A stretch of 64,000 nt of DNA from Candidatus Acidiferrales bacterium (GCA_036513895.1 DATBYF010000048.1:754-64753), one strand, 5' to 3'; numbered from the stretch's first letter, positions 19,899 to 31,579 are shown. Made by a program: numbers and translations. The notes: a model not told the origin generated them from the letters alone.

Positions 19899-21959
19899 AT
19901 GCCCATACCGACATTGGCAGAAAAACTGGAGTGGTTGAAGCCAGCTCCGGCGACGCCGCATGAACTCGAGTGCGCTGCCAGAGTGCGCCAGGGCGATTAC
20001 GAAATCGGCGTGCAAATCACCAACGACATCCTCGACGAAGCCATGGAAGTTTTTGTCAGATCGTCGCGAAGCTACTTCGGCGTTTCAGGCGATTCGATGG
20101 TGGCGATTTTCACAGCCAATGGAGATCTAATCAACGCATCCTGTGGAACGTATTTGCACGCAATCATCCAGCCCATCGTAATCAAATTCGTTCAGAAGTA
20201 TTACAGCGAGAATCCCGGTATCCGTGAAGGCGACATCTGGTACACCAACGACGCTCTCTACGGCGGCATCCACAATCCCGATCAAGTTGCTCTGATGCCC
20301 GTGTTCTATCAGGGCAAGCTGCTCGCATGGGCTTCTGCAGCCTTGCACACCACGGAAACTGGAGCCATCGAGCCGGGCGGAATGCCGGTGAGCGCGCGTT
20401 CGCGATTTGAAGAAGGATTAAATCTTCCGCCCATGAAAATCGGAGAGAATTTCGAACTCCGAAACGATTTCCTCGAGTTTTACTCTGTTTACGGATTGCG
20501 CGCGCCCGCGATGTTCATTTCCGACCTTCGCGCGCGATGCACTACCGCCGATCGTGTTCGGATTCGGCTGATCGAGCTCGCCGAGAAACGCGGCCCCGAC
20601 TTCGTTGTCGGATTGCTGCGCAAGATGTGCGAAACCGCCGAAGCGGGCGCGCGTAAGAAAATCGAGGCGCTGCCAGACGGTAAGTTTCGCGCCGTTGTTT
20701 TTAACGATGCGATTGGCTGGACGCCCGCTCTCGTTCGCGCCTGCAATTTGACGCTCATCAAGGAAGGCGGCAAGCTCACCTTCGACTTTCACGGCACGTC
20801 GCCCGAGAATCCTTCTTCCTACAATGTCCATTCTCAGGCGGTCGTCGGTCACATCGCGAATTTCATGTACGAATACATTTTCCATGACCTGCCGATTTGC
20901 AGCACCACGTTTGCGCCCATTGATTTCGTTTTCCCCGAAGGCATCATCCTGAATCCTGACAAGATGGCCGCCACCAGCTGTTGCGTGTTCATCGGCATGC
21001 AGGCGCGATGCGCCACGCACAATGCATTCGCTAAAATGTCTTTTTCGAGTGCCGGCCTATGGCGCCAGGTCACCGCCGCACCCGGCAGCCAGCATACGTC
21101 GCAGATTTGCGCAGGACTTTCTCAATGGAAGCTGGCAGTCGCCGATGTCTTATCGTTCTCGCTCAACACGATGGGGCAGGGCGGCCGCGCATCCGCTGAC
21201 GGCATGGACGCGTACGGGTTTGCGTGGTGCGCTTTTGGCCGCGCGCCGGATTCCGAGCAGGTGGAAAGCGAACTCCCGCTCACTGTAACGCTCTCCCAGC
21301 ACTGGAAAGATTCCTGCGGCCACGGTCGCCATCGGGGAGGCTCCGGCGGTGTGCAGCATTGGATGATTCACAAGATGCCCAATCTCGTTTCCATGTGCAT
21401 GGGCAACGGCACCAAAGTGCCTCTGGGCCAGCCGCTATTTGGCGGTTATGCTTCGGCTCCGATTCCCGGCATCAGCGTACGCAAGGCCGATTTGATGGGA
21501 AAAATGCAGGCAGGCGATTCGAGCATTTCTCTCGATTCCCGGGAAATCCTGGAGAATGGCACGATTAAAGGCGATTGGAATTTCGAGCTGGTTGCGCGGA
21601 CGCCAAAAGTTTACAACGAAGGCGACTTACTCTTCGGCTTTAGCGGTGGAGGGCCAGGTTATGGCGATCCTCTGGAACGCGAGCCTGCGGAAATCTTCGA
21701 AGATCTGCGCAAAAATATTATTTCGGATTGGACGGCGCAGAATATCTACCGTCTGGCCTACGACCCCGAGCGGCGAAAGCTCGATGTTGACAAAACCAAA
21801 CAACAGCGCGACGACGAACGGCGCGCACGGCTCGCTCGCGGTAAATCGTTCGAAGAGTTTCACGAGGAATGGAATAAGCAGAGCCCGCCAAAGGAAATTT
21901 TGCAATGGTACGGCTCTTGGCCGGATGCAAAGTCAACTGGACCGATCTTCCGGCCCTGA
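19899..21959 (+). CDS. Hydantoinase B/oxoprolinase-family subunit (HyuB-like; carboxylase catalytic subunit-like)
   Basis: Track ORF, 686 aa. Its length and conserved blocks (GDIWYTNDALYGGIHNPD, GGGPGYGDPLER) are typical of the HyuB family. GGAG lies upstream of the ATG. Confidence 0.85.
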   Translation: MPIPTLAEKLEWLKPAPATPHELECAARVRQGDYEIGVQITNDILDEAMEVFVRSSRSYFGVSGDSMVAIFTANGDLINASCGTYLHAIIQPIVIKFVQKYYSENPGIREGDIWYTNDALYGGIHNPDQVALMPVFYQGKLLAWASAALHTTETGAIEPGGMPVSARSRFEEGLNLPPMKIGENFELRNDFLEFYSVYGLRAPAMFISDLRARCTTADRVRIRLIELAEKRGPDFVVGLLRKMCETAEAGARKKIEALPDGKFRAVVFNDAIGWTPALVRACNLTLIKEGGKLTFDFHGTSPENPSSYNVHSQAVVGHIANFMYEYIFHDLPICSTTFAPIDFVFPEGIILNPDKMAATSCCVFIGMQARCATHNAFAKMSFSSAGLWRQVTAAPGSQHTSQICAGLSQWKLAVADVLSFSLNTMGQGGRASADGMDAYGFAWCAFGRAPDSEQVESELPLTVTLSQHWKDSCGHGRHRGGSGGVQHWMIHKMPNLVSMCMGNGTKVPLGQPLFGGYASAPIPGISVRKADLMGKMQAGDSSISLDSREILENGTIKGDWNFELVARTPKVYNEGDLLFGFSGGGPGYGDPLEREPAEIFEDLRKNIISDWTAQNIYRLAYDPERRKLDVDKTKQQRDDERRARLARGKSFEEFHEEWNKQSPPKEILQWYGSWPDAKSTGPIFRP

Positions 21960-21962
21960 ACG

Positions 21963-23021
21963 ATGGCCGAAGATTACACTCCGCGGGAGATCGTGAAGAA
22001 TTTGTTGCAAGGGACCGCCTCGCCGCGGCCGCTGTTCCTACCGATCGTTTTCTCTCTCGGCGCGCGAATCGAGAACATGCCGCTTCGCAGCTATTTGACG
22101 AATCCGACGAAAATTACAAATTCTGTGCGACAGATTCGCGGGCGCGTTCGATCCGACGGAATTACCTGCTATTACGATCCGTTCCTTGAAGCGCAAGCTC
22201 TCGGCGGCACGGTGGAGTGGGAATCCGGCGACTACGCGCGCGCTGTGCGCTGGCCCGGGCCTGCATTTAACGGTGAGGTGCCGGCGGGACTTCGTTCACC
22301 GGAAGATTCGGCAAGAAGCTCCTCTGTAAATACAGCGGCGGAGGTTATTCGCCGGCTTAAATCGCTGAAGCGAGATGACGCGCTCTTGATGGCCTGTATT
22401 ACAGGCCCGTTCACACTCGGCGCGCTTCTCTCGAACGCAGACGCCAACGGCGAGCTTCGCGCCGATGACGTCCAAAGCTTCGCCGTGGCATTTTCGGCGG
22501 CGGTGATTGCTCGAATCGCCTCCGTTTTCTCTGAAGCGGGAGCGAATGTGATTTTCATTCGCGAGGAGGTTTTGCCCACAGCGTCTACAGAAGTGTTTTC
22601 GGACTGGACCTCGTCACTCTCTTCCACCATCAATATCATTCGCTTCTACGAAGCGCTGCCAGTTCTTCTCGTCACGGATCCGCGCCCCGCTGACGCGAAC
22701 CGCAATGAACTTTTCTCCGGGATTAAGGATTGTATCGTTTGTGTCGCGGCAGGTATTGGTGGGCCGCCGCGAATTGACGCCGACCGAGTTGATGCCAACC
22801 GAGTTGTCACCATCAACGACGAGCGAATCGCTCTCGGGGGCGTTGCATTGCCTCTGGAATTGTTTAATCCGCAGGATTCCGTGCCTACGGCAACGGATGA
22901 GGCTCTACATTGTGCGATTTTGGATGGAAATCCAGCCGTAATTACCACGGCAGGTGACGTTGGCCCGACAGTTGATGTGAAGCGCTTGAATAAAATATGG
23001 GAACTCCTGCATTGTAGTTAG
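21963..23021 (+). CDS. Uroporphyrinogen-decarboxylase (URO-D)-fold family protein, function unknown
   Basis: Track ORF, 352 aa, starting 4 nt after the HyuB stop. Its N-terminal pattern (EIVKNLLQG...RPLFLPIVFSLGARI...YLTNP) resembles MtaA/UROD-like proteins. This assignment is by eye only. Confidence 0.5.
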   Translation: MAEDYTPREIVKNLLQGTASPRPLFLPIVFSLGARIENMPLRSYLTNPTKITNSVRQIRGRVRSDGITCYYDPFLEAQALGGTVEWESGDYARAVRWPGPAFNGEVPAGLRSPEDSARSSSVNTAAEVIRRLKSLKRDDALLMACITGPFTLGALLSNADANGELRADDVQSFAVAFSAAVIARIASVFSEAGANVIFIREEVLPTASTEVFSDWTSSLSSTINIIRFYEALPVLLVTDPRPADANRNELFSGIKDCIVCVAAGIGGPPRIDADRVDANRVVTINDERIALGGVALPLELFNPQDSVPTATDEALHCAILDGNPAVITTAGDVGPTVDVKRLNKIWELLHCS

Positions 23022-23175
23022 AACGCGACCGGCTATGAGCCATCAATCCCATCAACGAGAGTCTGGAACCACGTCAGCCGATCTGCGCCGCCATGAATCG
23101 CATCGAGGCAGGGATGGCAGCGCGAAAGCGGTCGAGGGCACACGCCCCGTACGTTTGCGGACATCGGGCGTCACA

Positions 23176-24975
23176 ATGAAGACGCTCCCCAACGGCACGA
23201 TTCTCGTTCACCCCGACGAAGCGCTTCGGCCTTACCCCAAAGTCCTCACGGATCGTGTGATTCACTGGGCGAGCGTCGCTCCCAATCGCTGCTGCATGGC
23301 GAAGCGCCAGCCAGGCGGAGAATGGCGGCGCCTTACTTATTCGCAGGTGGTTGATTCTGCAAAGCGCATCGGCCAAGCCTTGCTCGCTCGAGGGCTGTCG
23401 GTAGATCGTCCCGTCGCAATTCTGTCCGAAAACGATCTCGAACACTTCTTGCTGATGATGGCGGGCCAACACGTTGGCATACCGACGGCGCATCTTTCGC
23501 CGGTCTACTCGCTTGTCTCCAAGGATTTCGCAAAGTTGGGACACGCGCTTAAGCTGCTCACGCCGGGCCTGGTTTTCGTTTCGGATGGCTCACGATACTC
23601 ACGCGCCATCGAAGCGGCAGTTGATCGAGGTACGGAAGTCGTGGTGACCGACAATCCCCCGGCAAGGCGGAATACGAAGTTATTCTCCGAGTTGCTCGCC
23701 ACCGAGGCAGGATCTGCGGTTGAAGCGGCCCACGCACGGATCGATCCTGATACTCCCGCAAAGTTTCTCTTTACGTCAGGTTCGACTGCTTCGCCGAAAG
23801 CTGTGGTCAACACGCATCGAATGATCTGCAGCAACCTCGAAATGATCGCGCAGGTGTTCGGCTTTCTAGAGGACAGGGCGCCCGTAATCGTTGACTGGCT
23901 GCCGTGGAACCACACGTTTGGTGGGAATCACAATGTCGGCATCTCGGTCTACAACGGCGGCACCTTTTATATCGATGACGGTAAACCCGGCGCAGGATTC
24001 ATCGAGGAAACCATCCGTAACTTGCGTGAGATTTCGCCGACCGTCTATTTCAACGTGCCAAAAGGATACGAAGATCTGCTGCCCGCCTTGCGCGCGGATG
24101 CCCAGCTTCGCGAAAACTTTTTCCGGAATCTCGAACTTCTCTTCTACGCCGGTGCCGGGCTGTCGCAACCGGTCTGGGATGCCTATAGAGAGCTCGCGCT
24201 TGAAACCTGCGGTGAGCGGATCGTAATGGTCACCGGGCTCGGTGCCACCGAAACCGCTCCGATGGCGATACAAACAACCTGGGAAACGGATCATTCGGGC
24301 GTGATCGGCGTGCCTATTCCTGGCGTCGAAATGAAACTCGTCCCTCAGGCTCGCAAATTAGAAGTGCGCGTTCGCGGGTCGAATATTACTCCGGGATACT
24401 GGCGCCAGCCGGAATTGACCAAACAAGTTTTCGACGATGAGGGTTTCTACATCTTCGGAGACGCGTTGCGTTTTGTGAATCCAGGGGATGTGAATCAAGG
24501 ATTTTATTTTGACGGCAGGTTCGCCGAAGATTTCAAGCTGGCGAGCGGCACATGGGTCAGCGTCGGACCGCTGCGTTCGAAAATCCTTGGCCATTTTGCG
24601 CCGTATGTCCGAGACGTCGTGATTACAGGGCACGATCGCGATCAGGTGGGAATGCTGGTGTTTGCCGAGCCCGGCGCCTGTTGTTCGCTTTGCCCGGGTG
24701 TTTCGCCCGATTCGCAGGCGAGGGAAATTCTTCGGCACGAAAAGGTGCGTTCGCATTTCCAATCGCTGCTCGAGAGCCTCGCCGCCGAAGCAACGGGCAG
24801 TTCCAATCGCGTCGTGCGCGCAATGATTGTCGAGGAGCCCCCGTCGCTCGACGCGGGAGAAATCACGGACAAAGGGTCTGTGAATCAACGAGCGGTGTTG
24901 GAGCGGCGCGCGGCCTTGATCGAGGAGTTATATCGGCCGGAACCGTCATCGGCAATTTTGCGAATCACGTCGTAG
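23176..24975 (+). CDS. AMP-dependent acyl-CoA synthetase/ligase (long feruloyl-CoA-synthetase-like type)
   Basis: Track ORF 23035..24975 trimmed to ATG 23176 (MKTLPNGTILVHPDEAL...). It has AMP-binding motifs FTSGSTASPKAV, LPWNHTFGGNHN and GLGATETAP. The start is uncertain because neither candidate has a good SD. Confidence 0.8.
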   Translation: MKTLPNGTILVHPDEALRPYPKVLTDRVIHWASVAPNRCCMAKRQPGGEWRRLTYSQVVDSAKRIGQALLARGLSVDRPVAILSENDLEHFLLMMAGQHVGIPTAHLSPVYSLVSKDFAKLGHALKLLTPGLVFVSDGSRYSRAIEAAVDRGTEVVVTDNPPARRNTKLFSELLATEAGSAVEAAHARIDPDTPAKFLFTSGSTASPKAVVNTHRMICSNLEMIAQVFGFLEDRAPVIVDWLPWNHTFGGNHNVGISVYNGGTFYIDDGKPGAGFIEETIRNLREISPTVYFNVPKGYEDLLPALRADAQLRENFFRNLELLFYAGAGLSQPVWDAYRELALETCGERIVMVTGLGATETAPMAIQTTWETDHSGVIGVPIPGVEMKLVPQARKLEVRVRGSNITPGYWRQPELTKQVFDDEGFYIFGDALRFVNPGDVNQGFYFDGRFAEDFKLASGTWVSVGPLRSKILGHFAPYVRDVVITGHDRDQVGMLVFAEPGACCSLCPGVSPDSQAREILRHEKVRSHFQSLLESLAAEATGSSNRVVRAMIVEEPPSLDAGEITDKGSVNQRAVLERRAALIEELYRPEPSSAILRITS

Positions 24976-24977
24976 GA

Positions 24978-25005
24978 GCGGGTCCCAGACCCGCCCGGTA
25001 TTTTC
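24978..25005 (+). terminator. Weak terminator-like hairpin between CoA ligase and thiolase
   Basis: GCGGGTC-cca-GACCCGC (7-bp stem) followed by ccggTATTTTcT. It is only a partial terminator or processing site at best. Confidence 0.3.
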
Positions 25006-25036
25006 TAAGATTCATTGAAATGAGGGAGTTGAAATT

Positions 25037-26281
25037 ATGACATCAACAAACGGCGGTCTGTTCACCGCCTATAAAGACACATGGCTATTGGACGGTGTAC
25101 GCACGCCGTTCGCGGACTACAACGGCATTCTCGGCCTCGTATCCCCGATTGATCTCGGCATTAAGGTGGCGCGCGCCGTATTTGAGCGCTCCGGCATTCC
25201 GCCCGCGGATGTGGGCTCGGTAATCGCCGGCAGCGTCGCACAAGCGAGTTTTGACGCCTACGTTTTGCCGCGCCACGTGGGGATTTATTCGGGCGTGCCG
25301 ATCGATCGGCCCGCGCTACTCGTGCAGCGCGTGTGTGGAACCGGCGTCGAGACGATAAGTCAGGCCGCGGACGCAATCGCGCTCGGTAAAATCGAACTTG
25401 GCCTTTGCGTCGGCGCGGAATCGATGAGCCGCAATCCCATCGCGGCGTATACGCATCGCGGCGGATTTCGAATGGGGCAAGTCGAGTTCAAAGATTTTCT
25501 CTGGGAAGCGCTGATGGATACCGCGCCGGGCGTGACCATGGGCCAGACGGCTGAAGCGGTAGCCAAGACTTACAAAATTGCCCGTGAAGACGTGGATCGA
25601 TTCGCGGAATTGAGTTTCTCGCGGGCGGTAGCGGCGCAAAAAGCGTGCTTCCTCTCGGGCGAAATTGTGCCGCTTGTGAGCGAAAGCTTTGAACTTGCGG
25701 GCTACAAAACGCGCGGCATTCGTCTTGCGAAAGGTGCGGAGAAATTTGAGACAGATACTCACATCCGGCCTTCGCCCTATGAGGTGCTGGCGAAAATTCC
25801 GCCGGCGTTTGGCGGAGTGCAGACGGGCGGAAATAGTTCCGCGATTGTTGATGGCGCCGCCGCCGCATTGGTCGGCTCAGGAGAGTATGCGAAATCGCGA
25901 GGAATTAAGCCGCTGGCGCGCGTCGCCGCAGTGGCCGCTGTAGGAGTTCCTCCGGAAATCATGAGCATTGCGCCAGCGCCTGCGATTCGGAAGTTGCTCG
26001 ACGGCGCCGGGATGGCTCTCGATCAGATCGACCGGATCGAGATCAACGAAGCTTTCGGTGCGCAATTGATCTCGGTGGAGCGCGAATTGAATCTGGATCG
26101 AGCGAAGCTGAACATCAACGGAGGCGCCATTGCGATTGGGCATCCGCTGGCGGCGACGGGAATACGTCTCGCGGTTACGCTGGCGCGAGAATTGCGTCGA
26201 GCGAATTTGCGCTACGGCATCGCGTCGGCTTGCATCGGCGGGGGCCAGGGCATCGCGATGCTGCTCGAGAATGTCGCATGA
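25037..26281 (+). CDS. Thiolase (3-ketoacyl-CoA thiolase / acetyl-CoA C-acyltransferase)
   Basis: Track ORF, 414 aa, with the acyl-enzyme Cys in QRVCGTGVE, C-terminal NINGGAIAIGHPLAATG, and CIGGGQGIA. Confidence 0.9.
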   Translation: MTSTNGGLFTAYKDTWLLDGVRTPFADYNGILGLVSPIDLGIKVARAVFERSGIPPADVGSVIAGSVAQASFDAYVLPRHVGIYSGVPIDRPALLVQRVCGTGVETISQAADAIALGKIELGLCVGAESMSRNPIAAYTHRGGFRMGQVEFKDFLWEALMDTAPGVTMGQTAEAVAKTYKIAREDVDRFAELSFSRAVAAQKACFLSGEIVPLVSESFELAGYKTRGIRLAKGAEKFETDTHIRPSPYEVLAKIPPAFGGVQTGGNSSAIVDGAAAALVGSGEYAKSRGIKPLARVAAVAAVGVPPEIMSIAPAPAIRKLLDGAGMALDQIDRIEINEAFGAQLISVERELNLDRAKLNINGGAIAIGHPLAATGIRLAVTLARELRRANLRYGIASACIGGGQGIAMLLENVA

Positions 26282-26338
26282 AATGCTGCTTGTGATTATT
26301 GCTTGAAAATGTCGCTTGAGAATGCGGACTGAGGCGGG

Positions 26339-26767
26339 ATGCTGATCAATCGAAAGGAGATACGTATTGAGTGGGGAGATTGCGATCCCGGCGGCATCGT
26401 GTTTTTCCCGCGGTATTTCGAGTATTGCGACGCTTGTACGAACGCGCTCTTTGAACGTGCGGGGCTGCCCAAGCCGGAACTGCTCAAAGTGCACAGTATC
26501 GGGGGCATTCCGCTTGTCGAGGCGCGCGCGCGATTTATGGTGCCTTCGCAATTCGGAGATACGGTGACGGTTGAATCGTGCGTGTCGGAGTGGGGACGCA
26601 GCAGTTTCTGGGTGCACCATAAAGTATTCAAGGGAGATGTTCTGGCGCTGGAGATTACCGAAAAGCGTGTGTGGGTTACCCGCATCGAAGGGGACGTCAT
26701 TCGATATAAGGGGACTCCAGTTCCGGAAGAAGTGAAAGCTAGATTCACCCGGCCTCCCGAGCCTTAG
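26339..26767 (+). CDS. Hot-dog-fold acyl-CoA thioesterase, 4-hydroxybenzoyl-CoA thioesterase (4HBT class I)-like
   Basis: Track ORF, 142 aa. IRIEWGDCDPGGIVFFPRYFEY and TVESCVSEWGRSSFWVHHKV resemble RIEFGDCDPAGIVWYQNY and TIETCIKEWRRKSF of Pseudomonas sp. CBS3 4HBT as I recall it. Confidence 0.7.
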   Translation: MLINRKEIRIEWGDCDPGGIVFFPRYFEYCDACTNALFERAGLPKPELLKVHSIGGIPLVEARARFMVPSQFGDTVTVESCVSEWGRSSFWVHHKVFKGDVLALEITEKRVWVTRIEGDVIRYKGTPVPEEVKARFTRPPEP

Positions 26768-26875
26768 GTGCTTTGCCAGCATGACCTCATTTCCCCTCCC
26801 AATATCCTCCGAATACCCTGCAATTTTGTCTCGATTAGAACCTACCTCGGTTGTTTGTTTTGTTTGAGTTACGGA

Positions 26876-26909
26876 CGTTTCTAATAATTTCCAGTCTCGA
26901 TTAGAAACG
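26876..26909. promoter_or_regulatory. 10-bp perfect inverted repeat CGTTTCTAAT-N14-ATTAGAAACG upstream of pobA (candidate operator)
   Basis: Read directly in an AT-rich intergenic stretch. The right arm is part of a direct repeat GTCTCGATTAGAA also present at 26828-26840. Confidence 0.3.
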
Positions 26910-26928
26910 GTGCGCTTTCCGCTGATGA

Positions 26929-28371
<1,443 letters not shown>

Positions 28372-28430
28372 ATGCGTTATTGGACTGAGTAGTTTCAATT
28401 TCACGAAATCACGATACGGAGGGAAATAAC

Positions 28431-28931
28431 ATGCCGAAGACCCAAGCTGAAACCAGTTTGGATGCGGTAGTGCGTGAATATGGCCGACCCGATTGCCATA
28501 TTGGCGGGGGCGAGGATGAATCGCCCTACGTGCCGTTCATCGAGAACGTATACATACGCCACGTATCGTTCGATGTTCGAAGCAATTCGTACGCAAACAT
28601 CTTGTGGGTAAAGAAGGGCGGCATACTCGGGCGGCATCGTCACCGCGGCCCTGTTTGGGCGTGCACGCTCGAAGGAAGCTGGCGCTATCTCGAGTACGAT
28701 TGGGTGGCGCGAGCGGGAAGCTACGTGCACGAGAGCCCGGGCGTGATCCACACGCTCGTCTCCGACGATCCGAACGGCATGAAGACATTTTTCTGGCTGA
28801 ATGGATCGCTCGAGTTTTACGACGAAAACGACAATCTATTGCAAACGCTCGATGTCTTCTGGTTTATAGAACACTATCTGAGCTATTGCCGCGAACACGG
28901 ACTCCAGATCAATCAGAAAATGTTTGTCTAG
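28431..28931 (+). CDS. Cupin-fold protein, 2,4'-dihydroxyacetophenone dioxygenase (DAD)-like
   Basis: Track ORF, 166 aa, with HRHRGPVWACTLEGSWRYLEYDW...YVHESPGVIHTL (His-rich cupin metal site). Size and pattern fit the DAD/ChrR-like cupin family. This is an eye assignment. Confidence 0.5.
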   Translation: MPKTQAETSLDAVVREYGRPDCHIGGGEDESPYVPFIENVYIRHVSFDVRSNSYANILWVKKGGILGRHRHRGPVWACTLEGSWRYLEYDWVARAGSYVHESPGVIHTLVSDDPNGMKTFFWLNGSLEFYDENDNLLQTLDVFWFIEHYLSYCREHGLQINQKMFV

Positions 28932-28957
28932 CGGCGAACGCATTTCACGGAGGTGCC

Positions 28958-31384
28958 ATGCGTAAGTGGGGCAAATGCGCGATCTTGATTTGTGCCTGGA
29001 TCGCGATCAGCGGAGCGGCCTTCGGGCAAGGTTGGCAGCACATTGGAAACGCCGAACGCGTTGAAAAGCTGCCCGATGGCGTTGAGTTGTCGTCCGGGCA
29101 TGCTCGCGTGAGAGTCACCGTATTTCGCGACGGCATCGTGCGCGTCCGCTTAGCACCGCAGGGGAATTTTCCGAAGGATTTTTCCTGGGCTGTAATTGAA
29201 TCGCCCGAAGCGCCATCTCTCAAAATCGAAGAATCCAAGCAGGATGTGAGAATCGTCACCAGCCGGGTGGTTGTACTGATTCAAAAGTCGCCGATTCTGA
29301 TTAGTTTCCTCGATCCGTCCGGCAGTGCCGTGCTCGCCGATGAACCTGCCCTGCCAATGGCGTGGGATGGCCCGCGGATTCATGCGTGGAAGCGAATGCC
29401 GGCGGACGAAGGATATTACGGCCTCGGAGACAAAGCCGGCCCGATGAATCGACGTAACCGCTCGTTCACGATGTGGAATACGGATGCGTTCGGCTGGCAG
29501 GAGTCTACCGATCCGCTCTACAAGACATTTCCTTTCTGGATTGGGTTGCGCACGGGCACAGCCTATGGAGTCTTTTTCGACAACACGTATTGGAGCAGCT
29601 TCGATTTTGGAAAAGAGTCGAACGATTACTACTCATTTGGCGCGGAGGGCGGCGAACTGAATTATTACTTCTTCGCCGGGCCAGAGCCGAAAACTGTACT
29701 TGGCGAATATACAGCGATGATTGGGCGGACACCGCTGCCGCCTCTGTGGTCACTGGGCTACCACCAGAGCCGCTACAGTTATTATCCCGAGATTCAGGCC
29801 ATCAAAATCGCCCAATCGCTGCGCGAGAAACAGATTCCAGCGGACGCCATCTACCTCGATATTGACTATCAAAATGGAAATCGCCCGTTCACGATTGACC
29901 GTCAAGGCTTCCCCAGCTTCGAACAAATGATCAAGAATTTGCGGACCGAAGGCTTTCATACCGTTCTCATTACCGATCTGCACGTCAAGAAGGAGGCCGG
30001 ATACGCGCCTTACGATTCGGGGATGAAAGCGGATGTCTTCGTCAAAGATCCGGACGGCACACCATTCGTCGGCGCCGTTTGGCCGGGCGATAGTGTGTTT
30101 CCGGATTTCACGTTGACGCGCGCACGCGATTGGTGGGGCGGGCTTTACAAGGAGTTCGTGGACATGGGCGCCGCAGGTTTCTGGAACGACATGAACGAAC
30201 CATCCGTTTTCTTTCGAACGGACAGAACGATGCCTCGAGATGCGGTACATCGCCTCGACGATGGAACGACGCTCGATCATCGCGCCATTCATAACGTTTT
30301 CGGGCTTGAGAATGCGCGGGCCACGTATGAAGGTGTGCGGAAGTTGCGGCCCGACGAGCGTCCATTTGTTCTGACGCGGGCGGGATATCCAGGTTCGCAA
30401 CGCTATGCCGCGTCATGGACTGGCGACAACAGCAGTACCTGGAATCACCTGAAGATGAGCGTGCCAATGTTGATGAGCCTTGGCATCTCCGGCTACCCGC
30501 TGATGGGGGACGACATTGGCGGTTATGCGGGTTCGCCGCCTGCCGATCTTTTGACGCGGTGGTTTGAAGTGGGAGCGCTGAATCCGATTTACAGGGATCA
30601 CACGGCCAAGGGGACGGCGGACCAGGAACCGTGGGTTAACGGTCCGGAGCACGAGAGCATCCGAAAGCGGTACATCGAACTGCGGTACCGTTTGCTGCCC
30701 TACATTTACACAGCAGTCGAAGAAATGTCGCGGACTGGAATGCCACTCATGCGCCCGATATTTCTAGAATATCCCGAAGCGGATAATTTATATGACCAGG
30801 ATGACGAATATTTGTTCGGTCGGGATTTGCTGGTCTCACCCGTCCTAACCGAGATGGTTGATGCCCACGAAGTGCATTTGCCGCCGGGCGACTGGTACGA
30901 CTATTGGGATGGCTCAAAACACGGGGCAGCCGAGAAGATCAAGAGTCATCTCGAACTTGACCAGATGCCAATCTACGTCCGCTCAGGGGCAATTCTTCCT
31001 GAGGAACCGCTCGTGCAGAACACGACGGAGACGCCGAATGGGCCGCTGGAATTACGCGTGTATCCTGGCGCAGATTGCGGCGGTTCGCTGTATCTCGATG
31101 ATGGGCATACTTTCGCTTACCAGAAGGATGGATTTGTGCGGATGAGCTATGCGTGCCGGGTTTCGGGGAATTCGGTGACGGTTTCGAGCGCGGCTTGGAC
31201 GGGGAGCTATCAACCGTGGTGGACGAGCATCAAATTGGAAGTTTTTGGGATTGGGCACGCGCCGACGGAAGTGCGGGTTGGGAGCCAAGTCGTGAAGGGG
31301 TGGAAATTTGACGGCGAGGATCATTCGGTTGTGTTTGCGGTGCCGGATTCGCGAGAGGGTTGGACGGTGAGTGTGACGTATTAG
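28958..31384 (+). CDS. Glycoside hydrolase family 31 (alpha-glucosidase/alpha-xylosidase-like), secreted
   Basis: Track ORF 28604..31384 trimmed to ATG 28958, preceded by GGAGG. Its signal peptide is MRKWGKCAILICAWIAISGAAFGQ. GH31 motifs are GFWNDMNEP (nucleophile Asp) and SWTGDNSSTW. The track N-terminal extension overlaps the cupin gene. Confidence 0.9.
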   Translation: MRKWGKCAILICAWIAISGAAFGQGWQHIGNAERVEKLPDGVELSSGHARVRVTVFRDGIVRVRLAPQGNFPKDFSWAVIESPEAPSLKIEESKQDVRIVTSRVVVLIQKSPILISFLDPSGSAVLADEPALPMAWDGPRIHAWKRMPADEGYYGLGDKAGPMNRRNRSFTMWNTDAFGWQESTDPLYKTFPFWIGLRTGTAYGVFFDNTYWSSFDFGKESNDYYSFGAEGGELNYYFFAGPEPKTVLGEYTAMIGRTPLPPLWSLGYHQSRYSYYPEIQAIKIAQSLREKQIPADAIYLDIDYQNGNRPFTIDRQGFPSFEQMIKNLRTEGFHTVLITDLHVKKEAGYAPYDSGMKADVFVKDPDGTPFVGAVWPGDSVFPDFTLTRARDWWGGLYKEFVDMGAAGFWNDMNEPSVFFRTDRTMPRDAVHRLDDGTTLDHRAIHNVFGLENARATYEGVRKLRPDERPFVLTRAGYPGSQRYAASWTGDNSSTWNHLKMSVPMLMSLGISGYPLMGDDIGGYAGSPPADLLTRWFEVGALNPIYRDHTAKGTADQEPWVNGPEHESIRKRYIELRYRLLPYIYTAVEEMSRTGMPLMRPIFLEYPEADNLYDQDDEYLFGRDLLVSPVLTEMVDAHEVHLPPGDWYDYWDGSKHGAAEKIKSHLELDQMPIYVRSGAILPEEPLVQNTTETPNGPLELRVYPGADCGGSLYLDDGHTFAYQKDGFVRMSYACRVSGNSVTVSSAAWTGSYQPWWTSIKLEVFGIGHAPTEVRVGSQVVKGWKFDGEDHSVVFAVPDSREGWTVSVTY

Positions 31385-31579
31385 CCGCGGTGATTCCGAC
31401 GAGGGCAGCGATGAGAATTCGTGATAGTGGGAAGAGGCGATAGGAAAGACCCGCCCCTGCTGCGCAAGGATGGGGGCACCCCGGAAAGGCAAAGACTGCC
31501 GGGCTGAAGCCGCGGCGCTACAAGTGCCGGTGTGCGAGGCTTGCCAGTAAGCGAGCGTAATGGAGGCTCCGTACGAAAT

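Noticed and set aside
25877-26782. 301-aa track ORF antisense to the thiolase and thioesterase genes. Similar long antisense ORFs occur in GC-rich genes (for example 4189..4785, 20418..21020, 29750..30400, 39707..40576, 49318..50115)
   Set aside because: This is the typical GC-rich antisense open-frame artefact. The opposite strand carries clear family motifs in every case.
28604-28957. N-terminal 118-codon extension of the GH31 track ORF
   Set aside because: It overlaps the cupin gene in another frame and is Arg-rich and non-native. A GGAGG-ATG at 28958 gives a normal signal peptide.
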